Counted from the first letter of the stretch, positions 40,923-54,523 are shown. The stretch is 64,000 bases of DNA from Eledone cirrhosa (GCA_964016885.1 OZ024745.1:55490001-55554000); one strand, 5' to 3'. Translations and numbers: made by a program. Notes: a model not told the origin generated them from the letters alone.

Positions 40923-43900
40923 ACGATAACGGCACTCAACTGCCCATAAGTGTTGAGGGCAAACGCCCGAAATGCTTTCGCTGTGGTTCGAAGACTCACC
41001 TCAGGGCCTTCTGCAACGAGAAGACCCTCAGAAAGGAGAAAACCCCCCTCCTTCCGAATCCGGCTCCACGGCTACCAGCAACAGGACAAGCGGCAACCAG
41101 GAACGATAGGTCCGTGGCACCCATACCCACTCCACGGAAATCAAAAACAGCAGCAGCAGTGGAAATATTAACAACAACAACAGCAATACCAAATGCAGCT
41201 GCAACAGAGACTCCAGTGCAAACATCACCAACAACAACAAGTGAAAGAGTGGAGCTGGTACCCCTCCCCGACCTCACAGAATCAGACATGGAGTGTGAGG
41301 TGGGAGAGGGATGGCAAAAGGTCGCAAGAAGGCACAAACGCAGAAGCAGCGCATCGTCGCCTTTGAAAAGGGAGGAAAGAAATGAGAAAAGGGTAAAGTC
41401 TACTGCAAAGAGACCCACAGCAGCAACACCACCAACACCATCACCACCCACACTAGCACCACCATCACCACCGGCGACAACCCCACCGCCAACAACACCT
41501 TCAACACCACCACCACAAGCACCAACATCGCAAACACAACAACAAAACACACACACCCAGCAACAACGACAAGAAAATAGCAGAACCACACCCCACCCCC
41601 AGAAAAACAAATGCACGGCAATAAACACACACAACAAGAAACTAATGACTTACATAATTGAACACACAGACATTTCACAACAGGAATACATAATACCAGC
41701 ACCAATCAAAACGCCAACTAACATAAGACTGCTAAAAATAGAACAGAAACAATACACAAAGATTAAAACGAAATTCCCCAACGCAGTTGGTGATTTCAGG
41801 GACCTAGGAGGAACCATCAATCGAAGAGTATATTCAGACATTCTCTTAGAAGACCCGACGACCAGACGAAGGGACGATTCAACGGTCCCTTCACCAGACG
41901 ATCAAGTGAAAAGGGATGTAAAAACCATCCCTCCTCTACCAAAAGTACGGTAAGTGGTCTTTCTCATCTTTTCCACTCTATTTTAAACATGACCTCACTC
42001 AGAATAGGCAGCATAAATGCGCGTGGCTTGGGGTCGTCATGGAAGCAGGGTCACCTGCTCAATGACCTCAGGTCACTAAACATAGATGTAGTGGCCATCA
42101 GCGAGACCAGAATCTCCGAAGCACGGGCCTTCGTACCGATCTTCGGCGGCTACGATGTGTACGCATCTCCCAGCCGTCCTGGATCGGGTGGAGGAGTTGC
42201 TGTGCTTTTTCGGAGAGGTTTGGATCTCGCCATACAGGCCATCTTCCTGGACCCAGAGGGTAAGCTGGTGGTGCTGGACGTGACCAGCGGAGACGGGCAA
42301 GCTTTCAGGCTAGTGGCCGTCTATGCCCCGACAGGAGCAGGGCGGCCTGATTTCTTCCGGCGTCTGGAGACCTTTCTTGGAACGTCCCGCTCTTTAGTGT
42401 TAGTGGGCGACTGGAACGGGATCTTAGATGCACGCTGGGACTGTGTGGGATTAGCGGATAGGGGTGGAGGGTGCAAGAGCCTCACCAACCTGCTCAGGCG
42501 TTTTGAACTGTCTGACAGGTACCGATTGGATTTCCCGAATGTGCCAATGTGGACTTGGACAAACCGCATAGGTTCATCCAGATCATATCTAGATAGAGTA
42601 TTTTGTAGGGAAATAGATAGGTCTAGCATAGGCTGTCCACAATTCAAGATAGTCAGCTACACGGACCACAAATTCGTGACCTGTATGCTTGACTTAGATA
42701 GGCTTCATAGACGAGGACCCGGCTACTGGAAGCTAAACGCGTCCTTACCAGCGCGCAAGGCCTACAGAGACCGGATTAGCGAACTAGTTAAGCGGGCGTT
42801 GACGGGGGCCATCGTCAACAACAAGTGGTGGTTTGCTCTGAAAAGAGCGATTAGAATAGAATCGATTAGGTTTAGTAAGGCTTTAGCAATAGAGAAAAAT
42901 AGAGCAGAGGGAGAACTAGTTAGAAAATTAGACGAGGCGCTTAGCAAAGGCATTGCGACCGAGGTGCTTGCGGCGAAATTGGCCCTTGACCAATTCTTCA
43001 ATGCAAAGCACGAAGGCTGCGTTGTCAGAGCTAGGGTGCGTGCTCTCAGACACGAGGGGACGAAAGCCGTTCAATGGGCCCGAGTGGCGGAGGCGCGTCG
43101 TGGCAACAAAGCCACGATCCGGTCTTTGGTGGACCACGACGGGCGCATGCTACTCGATCCCGGGCAAATGTGTGAAGCTTTTCAGCGACACTTCGCTCAG
43201 CTGTTCGGGGGCAGCGGGGGGCCGGGTAGAGGGATGGACTTTAGTGTCTACCTCGACGGACTGCCGCGGCTCTCGGCCACTGAGGCGAAGTGTTGCGAAA
43301 AGCCGATAACAGCCGCTGAAGTACGGGAGGCAATGACTGGCTGCACAAGGGGTAAATCGCCTGGTTTGGATGGTCTGCCCTATGAACTTTACGTACAGAT
43401 GCCAGACTTGTTCGGAGGCCTCTTGGCGGACGTCTACTGCAACTGGCAAAAGAACGGGAGAATTCCCAGTTCTGTGAGCCGAGGAGCGGTGGCACTGCTG
43501 AGAAAGGATCCGAACAAGGGGGATAACATAGACAATTTCCGGCCCATAACTCTGCTAAACACAGAGTTTAAGATTTTGGCCAAGGTGCTAGCAAAGAGGT
43601 TGGCGCTTGTCGTTGGTGGTCTGGTGGGAGAGGCGCAGACATGCGCCATTCCCGACAGATCCATCCACGACAACCTCCACCTCATGCGATACATCGTAGA
43701 GAGGGTAGCTAGGGAACCTGGCACGGGTGGGTCCTTGATCAATTTAGATCAGTCGAAAGCTTTCGATAGGGTCGACCATCGTTACCTAGCGGCAGTCCTG
43801 AGGGCAGCTGGCTTTGGGCCCGTCTTCAGAGGCTGGATCGCTGCCATGCACAGCGACATCTGCTCTGTGGTGAGAGTGAACGGTCACCTGTCGGAACCGT

Positions 43901-45667
43901 TCAACATCATGCGCTCAGTCCGCCAAGGATGTCCCCTCTCGTCCCTCTTGTACGTATTGACTCTCGAGCCCTTACTGCACAAACTGGAGACGTTGAGGGG
44001 AGTCCCGCGCGAACTAGGATGCGGAAGATCCGTGTCAGCATATGCGGACGATGTCACCGTAGTGGTGTCGAACGCCAAACACATCGAGGCGATCGGCACT
44101 ACACTAAGAGAATACGAAGCGGTGACAGGAGCAATGATCAACCAGGAAAAGTCAGTGGGCCTGCAGCTCGGCACCTGGAGAGGCAGGTCCATGCCGTCCA
44201 ACAGCGTCGTCGGGCGCTGGACGGACGGACCGGTTAAATTGCTAGGGGTCTGGTTCGGTCCGGACCTCCAGACGGACAAAAACTGGGACGAGGTGACGAG
44301 CAGGGTGGCTTCTCTCACCCAGAAATGGGCGGAGAAGAAGCTATCCCTGAAAGGTCGAGCGGAGGTGGCTAACGCGTACATCGCGTCTGTCATCTGCTAC
44401 CGCCTAACCGTCGTACCTTGTCCTAAGCCTCGCCTGACTGCGCTGGAGCGTTTGCTCTTTCGCTTTTTGTGGAAGGGACGTGCTCCGATGGTCAGGCGGT
44501 CCATCTGTTGTCAACACCCGCTACGTGGAGGGCTGGGCATGCCGTGGCTGATGATGCGCAGGCACGCGCTCAGGCTACGACATCTCCACCTCTTCCTCGA
44601 CGGTGATCAGGTGTGGTCGCCGTTTGCTAGACGCGTTTTTCCCCAGCTCGTTTCCTTGACGGAGCTGCAGTCCTGGGTCAAGCGAAGACCGAGAGGGAGC
44701 GCCTGGAGACTGGAATGTCTTCAGGCGCTCACAGCCCTCGACCAATCGGGCAATGTGATCGGTGGAAACTCCACCTCGGCGTTCTATAGAGGATTAGTGG
44801 AGAGGAAGAGCGACGACGTACTTGGGGAAACTCTAGGCGTCGACGAAAATCAACTAGCCAATCTCTTCGGAAGAACTTTCGGGCCAGGGCCTATGGACAA
44901 CTTCCAGAAATCTCTGGCCTGGCAGTGCTACCGAGGAGCCTTGCCAGTTCGGGATAAACTCTACAGGCATGGAGGTGCCGTCAGCCGGGCATGTCCGAGA
45001 TGCGCGCAGGGCGACGAAACCGTCCTGCACGCACTCGTCCAGTGTCCGAAAATTGCTGACTTGTGGGTTTATGTCGAACACCTGCTGTCGCGTTTAGGAC
45101 GGATCCGGCTATCATCTGAGTCCATCGTGAGGATTGCCCCGCCCTCCTCCTTTAGCCGGGAAGGGCAGGCAGTTTTTATCTGCCTGGTGGCCATGGCGAA
45201 AGAGATAGTATGGTGGACACGTTTGAAAGGGCTGAAGACGAGCACTTACCTCTTCGGTGATGCTCTGATTGACTTTTTCAAATTTCATTTGAAAAGGAAA
45301 ATCAGAGTAGAGAAGGAAGTGCTCTCTTCCCAGCATTTTGTTGAAAGATGGGTGAGAGAAACAAGAATGGCCCGAGTGAATGGGCCGACTCTGAGTATAT
45401 ATCTGTAAACTAAAGGTGGAAAACTGGGAGAGGGCACTTGCCTTGGTGGTCAGGGTCATTGTGACTTTTTACTGGGCTTTCTCCACAAATGTCCCTCCGA
45501 AGTCTCCCCCCTATTGGGGAATTTTTCATTGTTATTTTCATTGTTATTTTTGTTACATCCTCTGTTTTGTTTTTTTACACGCAGAAATGCCCATTTGTAC
45601 CGTCCTGCATTGTCCTGCACTGTCCTTAATGTCTACTTTATGTAAACCCTTGTGGTTAATAAAGAAA

Positions 45668-45670
<3 letters not shown>
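40923..45670 (+). mobile_element. Young 5'-truncated Tx1-like LINE subfamily b (ORF1 3' half, intact ORF2, 3'UTR)
   Basis: ORF1 part with CFRCGSKTHLRAFC open to 41953. AATAAA at ~45657, then (TTA)n 45671-45700. Confidence 0.95.
41989..45408 (+). CDS. Tx1/L1-clade ORF2: APE endonuclease, reverse transcriptase and CCHC domain (1139 aa, uninterrupted)
   Basis: NARG, SET, VYAP, GDWN, YLDR, TDH; WKLN; KSPGLDG, RPITLLN, KAFDRVDH, QGCPLS, YADD; CPRC...ETVLHALVQC. Confidence 0.97.
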   Translation: MTSLRIGSINARGLGSSWKQGHLLNDLRSLNIDVVAISETRISEARAFVPIFGGYDVYASPSRPGSGGGVAVLFRRGLDLAIQAIFLDPEGKLVVLDVTSGDGQAFRLVAVYAPTGAGRPDFFRRLETFLGTSRSLVLVGDWNGILDARWDCVGLADRGGGCKSLTNLLRRFELSDRYRLDFPNVPMWTWTNRIGSSRSYLDRVFCREIDRSSIGCPQFKIVSYTDHKFVTCMLDLDRLHRRGPGYWKLNASLPARKAYRDRISELVKRALTGAIVNNKWWFALKRAIRIESIRFSKALAIEKNRAEGELVRKLDEALSKGIATEVLAAKLALDQFFNAKHEGCVVRARVRALRHEGTKAVQWARVAEARRGNKATIRSLVDHDGRMLLDPGQMCEAFQRHFAQLFGGSGGPGRGMDFSVYLDGLPRLSATEAKCCEKPITAAEVREAMTGCTRGKSPGLDGLPYELYVQMPDLFGGLLADVYCNWQKNGRIPSSVSRGAVALLRKDPNKGDNIDNFRPITLLNTEFKILAKVLAKRLALVVGGLVGEAQTCAIPDRSIHDNLHLMRYIVERVAREPGTGGSLINLDQSKAFDRVDHRYLAAVLRAAGFGPVFRGWIAAMHSDICSVVRVNGHLSEPFNIMRSVRQGCPLSSLLYVLTLEPLLHKLETLRGVPRELGCGRSVSAYADDVTVVVSNAKHIEAIGTTLREYEAVTGAMINQEKSVGLQLGTWRGRSMPSNSVVGRWTDGPVKLLGVWFGPDLQTDKNWDEVTSRVASLTQKWAEKKLSLKGRAEVANAYIASVICYRLTVVPCPKPRLTALERLLFRFLWKGRAPMVRRSICCQHPLRGGLGMPWLMMRRHALRLRHLHLFLDGDQVWSPFARRVFPQLVSLTELQSWVKRRPRGSAWRLECLQALTALDQSGNVIGGNSTSAFYRGLVERKSDDVLGETLGVDENQLANLFGRTFGPGPMDNFQKSLAWQCYRGALPVRDKLYRHGGAVSRACPRCAQGDETVLHALVQCPKIADLWVYVEHLLSRLGRIRLSSESIVRIAPPSSFSREGQAVFICLVAMAKEIVWWTRLKGLKTSTYLFGDALIDFFKFHLKRKIRVEKEVLSSQHFVERWVRETRMARVNGPTLSIYL

Positions 45671-45703
<33 letters not shown>

Positions 45704-45879
45704 CAACTTATCCAAGGATAACTTGAACCGTTAAGGTATATTCTCCTTGGTTATGTCAAAATTTATAAAACACACTTCGTATTTTATCTGATAATAGCGT
45801 ACCAACATGTTGGTACCCTTGAAATATATATAATAGAATAAATATTGTTTAATAAATATAGTTTCCATTTATTTAATAT

Positions 45880-45954
<75 letters not shown>

Positions 45955-46144
45955 GTGAAAGAATGAAGAGCAACATGGTTGGCTGTACAATAAGGGGCTT
46001 TATTTGAAGTACTGTCAATATATATATAATATATATATAATATATATATACACACACATATATATAAATATATATATATATAAGTGTGTGTGTGTATACA
46101 CGTTATATTTACGTTATATGTCTTACTATAAGATATGGTACTTC

Positions 46145-47100
46145 CAGCGTAATCTAGGTTTTAGAATAAGCATCGTATCAAATATGACTAGGGCCAACTT
46201 TTTAGATGTCACTTTAGATACTTCCCTCTATTGCCCGTACCACAAACCAAACGAATCCCTTAGATACATAGATATTAGTACCAACCATCCCAAAAATATT
46301 ACTAATAATTTAATTAAAAGTGACTCACTTACAAATTCGTGTATCTCAGCCATTGAAGACAATGTTAGTGCCTCTGCCCCTTATTAGAACGAACCCCTTG
46401 CCCGAAGTGATTTTAAAGTAAAGATTATTTATTTAGAAAATTCCCCAAGACCACTTAAGAGAAATAGGCATAGTCAAAGTAATTGTTACACCCCCTTCAA
46501 CCAAGAGGTATCTACACCAATTGCTGAATAAACACTTAACCACACAACATCGGTACTACATTATTTTTAATAAGAATACGATAAGACACCCTTACTCCAC
46601 TACACCTAACTTATCTAAGAATATATCCAACCTCAACACTGCTAAATTAAATAGGCCTACTACATCCGAAACCCATCTCTGGACGGGAGCCTTTTGCAAG
46701 TGCTAAAATAAGGAGGCGTATCCACTCGAAAATAAATGCCTGATGAATGATATCGTATATAAATGTGATGTCGTCTCAGGCATTGATGAAACAACAAAAA
46801 ACATATATCGGAATGACATCCATCAAATTTACAAACAGGTGGCATGCCCATACACAATCGTTCAGAAGACCGGACAAATCCAACCAAACAACACTCGCCG
46901 CCTATGTCTGGGACCTCAAGAGTAACTCTCCTTTTACACTCCAATAGAAATTATTCCAGAGATCGCGTTCATACATAGGAGGACAGAAGTGTTGGGACGT
47001 TTGTGTTTCGGAGAGCTGGGAAATATTATTTGCCAAACTCTCTGGACCGTTGCCGAACTGCATGTACAAAAACTATGCTACGTATAAATCATAAAAACCG
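46145..47100 (+). mobile_element. Degenerate Penelope-like (Naiad-type) fragment
   Basis: ANFLDVTLD..YCPYHKPNESLRYI..TNHPKNIT, IVYKCDV, TYIGMT..FTNRWHAHTQSF, YVWDLK; multiple stops. Confidence 0.85.
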
Positions 47101-47330
47101 GTTCTGCCCCCAGAATGATACATTCACAAAAGAACTCACTCGACAAAATATCCCTGCCTAAACATCCCACACCAACCCCACCCTCAACCTATGTCCTCTT
47201 CCAATCCGCCTCACAGTATTGAAGTTACGTAAGTACTCCTACCTACTGGCCTTTCCTTATATAATTGTACTTGTGTGCGTGTGAATGCCTGTATGTACAT
47301 ATGTGTATGTATGCATTTGCGTATATATAT

Positions 47331-47492
47331 AATTCTGGACTAAATGGAAATTTTTCATTTAGTCCAGAATTAGCCGTCGAAACGGCTTGAGCTCAGCCGT
47401 CGGGGTCCTAGAGTGGGTAATAGCAACTACCCTAAGTATTGAGTACTTTGGTGCGTTATGGTCCACCTGGTTTCTTACCACATTTCCTTCGT

Positions 47493-47493
<1 letters not shown>
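47331..47493 (+). mobile_element. Family A 3' end (ribozyme 3' half plus tail) with short fold-back
   Basis: aattctggactaaatggaaa / tttcatttagtccagaatt, then gccgtcgaaacggc...ttccttcgt(ta)n. Confidence 0.85.
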
Positions 47494-47525
<32 letters not shown>

Positions 47526-47579
47526 GTATGTATATATGTATGTATATATGTATGTATATATTAGTTTTTACGTGTGTGA

Positions 47580-47647
<68 letters not shown>

Positions 47648-49051
47648 ATGATTATGTAAGTGTGTGTATATTCGTATATGTGTGTATGTACATACATATG
47701 TATATGTATATATTTATATATATATGGGGGGTATATGTATGGATATATGGATGTATGTATATGTATGTTTGTTATATGTATGTATACATTTGTGTACATC
47801 CATATGTGTTCATATTTAGAGGGAAGGAGCCATATATCGGTATATTGTGTATATATACAAACACTTATTCTATAGAAGAATGTGTATATATGTATATACA
47901 TATGTATGTATGTATATATATATATATATATGTGTGTGTGTATATATATATATACATATATGTAAGTATGTATGTTATATATATATATATATATATGTGT
48001 GTGTTTGTGTTTGGGGATGTGGGATTTGCGTGTGAGCGTGTGATTGCAAACACCTTACCATTTTGTTGAATTTAACAGACCATGATATTACAGTCACTTA
48101 ATGAAAATCCTTTGTTTTCTTAGAAGGAATGAACCTTGAAAATTAGCACTGCCTGCATTTATATCATATATATCATTTATATCATACTGTATCACTATGT
48201 ATTTTTCTCTAAGTGTATTTTTTCACACACACACCCCCTCCTTTAAAACCATCAGCCTAAAAGCTCCACCCATCCCAATCAGCACATTATCCTACCACTA
48301 GAAGATGTATAAATACCAAAATGTCATATCGACATTTGGCTTTCCTGATGATTTCCTTTGTATGAACAATTCTAGTCATGTAGAAGCGATTTCTATATTA
48401 AATATCAAATATGTATATATACGGTTGAATTAGTTTATCTTATAATAATATATATAAGACCTTGTAAATATATCATATATGCCGCTGCAATACATTCACT
48501 TCATTTTATATATAAATATATAAATATGTATATATAAATGTCTTTTCAATAGATTTACCAGAAAACCCCACAATCTGCCTCTAGTGTGATCTACAGTAAA
48601 TATAATCGGGTGATAATAATATTCTTGAAGTATTCGTTGAAGTTTCGGAATTTGATGCCTCTTTTAATTATTACAATTTATGAAATATCTCTTTTATTTA
48701 TACTTGTTTTTAAATTTCAGCTCAATACGTATCGTCGTAAGTGTGATCGTCATAAATATTCTAATTTAACGCATCGACAAAATTGATGTATGAATCAGCT
48801 TAATTGGATGTATAGAAAATTGCGTCTTTTAACTGATTAAATTTCCATTGGTATAACTAAAGCATTTACATTCCGTAATTTGGTTATTTGTTTTTAACTA
48901 CAACAAATTGGTGTATGACATTTTATTGCTGATTGAAAGTAGGTATTGAATTAAATGGAGGAAATATCTGGACTGTACACCCAGATGCTTACGCGCATTT
49001 AATGTTCTGTAGTTCGTTAGATAAAATGTACCACCCTCATATATATATATA

Positions 49052-49127
<76 letters not shown>

Positions 49128-49133
49128 CTTTTT

Positions 49134-49265
49134 AAAATAACATTAAATTTTAAGCAAAGAATCGCTGCTTTCACCCTTAACGGGATCTGGGATCTTTACA
49201 AGATCCCGTTAAGGGTGAAAGCAGCGATTCTTTGCTTAAAGTTTAATCTGTTATTTTAATAAATA
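49134..49265. mobile_element. Family E fold-back (arms 49134-49188 / 49201-49259); same sequence at ~60705-60770
   Basis: agatcccgttaagggtgaaagcagcgattctttgcttaaa in both orientations. Confidence 0.75.
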
Positions 49266-49350
49266 TTTGGTCTACGGTTCTTATATATCTGATATATATT
49301 TATCCTTATCGAGCCCTCTTTGGATTTTAGTCTTCAAATGTATTATTATT

Positions 49351-49408
<58 letters not shown>

Positions 49409-49413
<5 letters not shown>

Positions 49414-49655
49414 ATACTTTGGGAGGGTCATGTTGCCAATAAGAAACACACGCACCAGTTGCTTTCACTTCAATTTATTATAATAAATTTATAATAAATT
49501 TATAAATTTATAAATTTCTGGTTCGTTGGTTGGTTCCACAACCAGATAGTTGTTTATATATTGTCATAGTTCTTTCGTCACACACTCTGTGACCTCTTCA
49601 GTGACTGGGGATTCCTTTCTTTGTTTCTGTGCCTCTCCTTTGTTCTGTCCTACGA
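49409..49655 (-). mobile_element. Family C copy in (TA)n with hammerhead at 49563-49605
   Basis: Matches 32069-32317. Ribozyme core and stem II are unchanged while flanks differ. Confidence 0.88.
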
Positions 49656-49656
49656 A

Positions 49657-49764
<108 letters not shown>

Positions 49765-51708
49765 AAAAGTATCTAGATACATTTATAGATATTGCTGCTA
49801 AATTGGTAAAATATATTTTGAGGAAAGAATATACTCATAAATTGTCTTCTACGGAGTTTGGAGAAAGATATTTATATTTTGTGTCTTTCATAATAATATT
49901 GTGTGATTCTTCAGAGAGATAATTATTTGCTTACAATTATATATCCCATAAACTATTATACATATTTGATATTGTAATGATCGCCATGACTGTGCAAATA
50001 CATTGCAACTTTGCACCATTTTTTATAGTTCATCGACTCTCACAGATTTCCAAATATTTACAGATAAATCTGTCCATGTTGATCCCCATTAAACAAAAAA
50101 CAGACCCCAACCCCACCCCGCCCCAAAAATATAGCATATCATATATATATTTTAGCATATCATGTATATGATTGTTAATACAAAAAAGCCAGATTGAATT
50201 TTTAAATTGTTAAATATGTATGTGTAACTCCTGATAGAGTCGTAAGGGCGCCTCGGTGACATGAGACGTTTAGAGGGCAGCTTTTAAACATTGCGGTGAG
50301 GAAATGAGGAGACATATAGACAAAAACGTTCAGTATTAGACTTGTACCTTTTTGTCGGCCGCCAACAGACGTAAGCCAAAATTGACCTCGACGGTATATA
50401 AACACAAATAAATAAGAGTCGAAACGAATAATCCCATACAGACTATTCAACGTTCTAATGACTTCACCAATTCGCCACCATCATGCGTTTAAGTATCAAA
50501 TTAGAAAAATTACCCATATTCCATTATGTCTTAAATTGTATAAACACAAAAATTATAAAATCATAAAAGAGATGTTATATTTTCTCGTAGGCTTTTCTAC
50601 TTAAGGCATGAAACTGTCTCTTGGTATCCTGGGCAAAGAATAATGCAACCTGAACGCCTTTTTCCGTCCATATTGCGCGATTTGGTCGTCACCAAGTTGT
50701 TACTTTTCCCAAATACGATTATCTAGTTGTTTTCAGATATCGCTGATACTCGCCTCATTCTATCTACATTACTAGTGTAAGTGGTTTCTTTGGAGCTATT
50801 AGTGCCTTTTATTGCTCCATTTCAGCGAGTAGTTTTCCGCTATTCCTGCAGAGTTGCTTATCCGTCTAGCGAGAACCCGCTTATATCGCATGTAACAATC
50901 ATATCCTGTGGTCGTATCTAAATCCCTCACTTGCGATCCGTTCTTATCATATGGTTTCTCACTCCACGTATTTCCCCATAAAAGATATGTCTGCAGTCTC
51001 TGACCGATTTGATAAGAATATCCTCATACTAAGATATATTTAATTAAATAGACATCAGAAAACGAAACTGACTTCCATTCCACGTCTAGTTATAGGAAAA
51101 ATCCAATAATCTCAAATTATCTATATAGCACCATATTTGCAATTATATTAGGTTCATGTTTGGTGGAAGTAGAGGAGATTTCGACACTTCGTCAGAAGTC
51201 CTTCTTCTAGAAATGTCGGCGGATAAGGAGAGAACAGATACAAGTAAGAGTAGTTAGAGGGGGTTTAGGGAAGGAAAGTTAAAACAAACAGTATTATGTG
51301 TGACTATGTATATTGTATGTTGAAATAAAAGTTTGATATCTTCATTAATATAAAAACTCCGCATATTACGCGAATAACAAGGATCTGTCGGTGGTACGGT
51401 GACGTTTCCTGAAGCACGCTGTGCTACGATGATATATTATTGACACCTATTCGTAGAAACTACGCAATAAGAAAACGAGTATGCTCATAAATATAAGATT
51501 TGCAGAAATCTCTTAATAAGCTTTTAAAAAGAGCCTCAAAGAATATGGTTTAGTATTTTGAATTACTAGTATCTGGCGTTCTAACATAATATAACATATA
51601 TCTGGCGTTCTAATATAATATAGCCACTGTTTCAAATGCTCCTAGCATAAAATTTGTAGTTTTATACACACGCGCATTCACACACACATATATATACCAC
51701 TACAAATG

Positions 51709-51776
<68 letters not shown>

Positions 51777-51787
51777 TATATATATGA

Positions 51788-51929
<142 letters not shown>

Positions 51930-51930
51930 G

Positions 51931-52543
51931 AATGAAACGAAATTTCATTTCTCACTCTTAGTACGGCACTTACTTAAATGTAAGTATCTATGTATACGTA
52001 CATACATATATGTATACAGACGTACAGTAGCATGTATATATATACATACAGGCACACATATATATATGCACGTATCAGTTTACCGAACATTTATTATAAT
52101 GCTCGGTTTGTTCGTTTGTAAACAAACACATAGCCTTAATTACGCCGTACAGTGTTTAGGCAACCACGTCACCTTTTTGTTCAACACTGACACAGGAACG
52201 ATGCAAATTAGGCTGCTCAGCCGTTAATTTTCATAAGGAAAGTATATACTTTCGGACGTTCAACCATCTGGCAGAAAGGTATACGGTGCTGGCGATAGCT
52301 AATAAGCTTGAAACTAGTACATCGTTCCTGTGTCAGTGTTGAACAAAAAGTTGACGTGGTTGCCTAAACACTGTACGGCGTAATTCAGGCTATGTGTTTG
52401 TTTCCAAACGAACAAACCGAGCATTATAATAAATGTTCGGTAAACTGATACGTGCATATATATATGTGTGCCTGTATGTATATATATATACATGCTACTG
52501 TACGTCTGTATACATATATGTATGTACGTATACATACATACTT

Positions 52544-52546
<3 letters not shown>
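51931..52546. repeat. Family B array 4 (inverted pair); hammerhead at 52283-52325 with mutated core CTGGCGA
   Basis: Homology to arrays 1-3; inversion junction near 52200. Confidence 0.88.
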
Positions 52547-52600
<54 letters not shown>

Positions 52601-53741
52601 TGTATACTCTAAATATGAGATTAATGTTCAGAAAAACAGTCATGTAATGGAAGTTACGCATCTTAACACACCAGAGATAAAATCGTTAACATTAGTTATT
52701 TCAGTTTACTTCATATTTTCTACATATATCGCTCTATAATAATCTTTCTGGTATTGAAACGCTCTGCTCACAAGCGGATTTGGAGTCTGCTGATTCCTGA
52801 TTGAAGCAATCTCATAAGATCTCCTACTAATGCCAACAGAAAGATCATGAAAGTCATTTCTCTATTCTATCTAGAGGCTTTCTGCAAAGTTAATTAAATC
52901 AATATTTCTTTTAAATAACGTCTCTTGAGTAGCGTTTAATCAGCTGCGATAAGTTTGAATGGGAATATTTGCGTGGAATTTCAGGAGAAAATAGCAACTT
53001 TCTTTTATTTTGCATTTCACTCGTCTGCCAACAAAATACTTCAGAAGAGCCCCTGAGATAATGTAGCGACATATCTATCAAAGAATAAATTCATTGCAAA
53101 TTAGTGTTTAACATATTTCGATGCGTTGTCAGTTGGGAGTACAGATAGATAATGGTTAAAGAAAAGGATATTTGTAACCATATTTTAACAGTGCATTAGT
53201 TTAGGTTTGATTTATTGTAATATAAGCTGCGTAATGAAACTGAGTTCATTAGGCCCCTAAGATATTATGTCATCTGTGTATACTGTTTCTATTCTGAAAC
53301 ATTAAAAACAACTTGTTTACAAAATTCTCCTCGTATATGGATATCGATCGAAATGATTATGTAGAAAAATTTCAAGATATGTAACGAAAGTTAGATTAAA
53401 CTGTTTCAGAGAAAATGTATTAAATATATTCAGAAAGCATTTAAACTCAATTTAATGTCCCCATATGTTTCCCTCGCGTCAGTGTGTACCTCAAAGTATA
53501 TAAAGTGTTGTTTAAGATTTTACAATTAGAAGTTAAGTGTTATAAAGTTAACATATTATTATGCATTAAACTCATTTCAGTGTAAATCTGTGCATAGACT
53601 ATTATAAGCTGCAGTGTGAATATGTGAAATTCATACATACACATATCAATGCATACATACATACATACACACACACACGCACGCACACACACACACACAC
53701 ACGCACACACACGCACGCACACACACACACACGCACGCACA

Positions 53742-53810
<69 letters not shown>

Positions 53811-53832
53811 AAACACTCCCTCCCCCACATAC

Positions 53833-54453
53833 ACACATGATGGCTGCAACTCAATACCGAGTAATGCCATTGCTTGATTTTTCAGCATAATCATGACAGA
53901 CGTGGCTTTTTGTCCTGCTAGGGACATGCCTATGGCCAGCAATACCATGCTTCGAAAAATATACAACATATCTATCGATGCCTATGCTTGGAGCTTTTTT
54001 AAGTGATGAAAGGTTTTGCATTTGGCAAATCCTACTCTCTGAACATCGAATGCATTTGCCTAAAAGAACTTGTATACATCATTGGATGCAAACCTTATTG
54101 TAGGTTTTATATCGGAGTGAACTTCTCCTAGAGAGATGGTTTAATGAAAACTAGGTGTCTCTAGTTCAACAAGAAAAAAAGTAAACTTTATTGGATAGCC
54201 GATGACTCTCCTGAGTTCCTCCTCCGACCATTGACGGGATTTATTTTTCATCCCGCAGGGTGTCGAAAGCAGAGGTTGTACTGGGTTACATGTTACCACT
54301 AGCGCTGAAGGGTGACCTGACAATAATACACACATGTATGCATACATGTGAAACATTCATTCATACATACAAATATAAATGCATACATACATACACACAC
54401 ATACACACAAACAAACACACATATAGACACACACATACTCTCACACACACACA

Positions 54454-54523
<70 letters not shown>

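Noticed and set aside
51165-51215. CTGACGA-agtgtc-GAAA on minus (and CTGATGA at 48347)
   Set aside because: No closing stem I or credible stem III; chance or too decayed to call.
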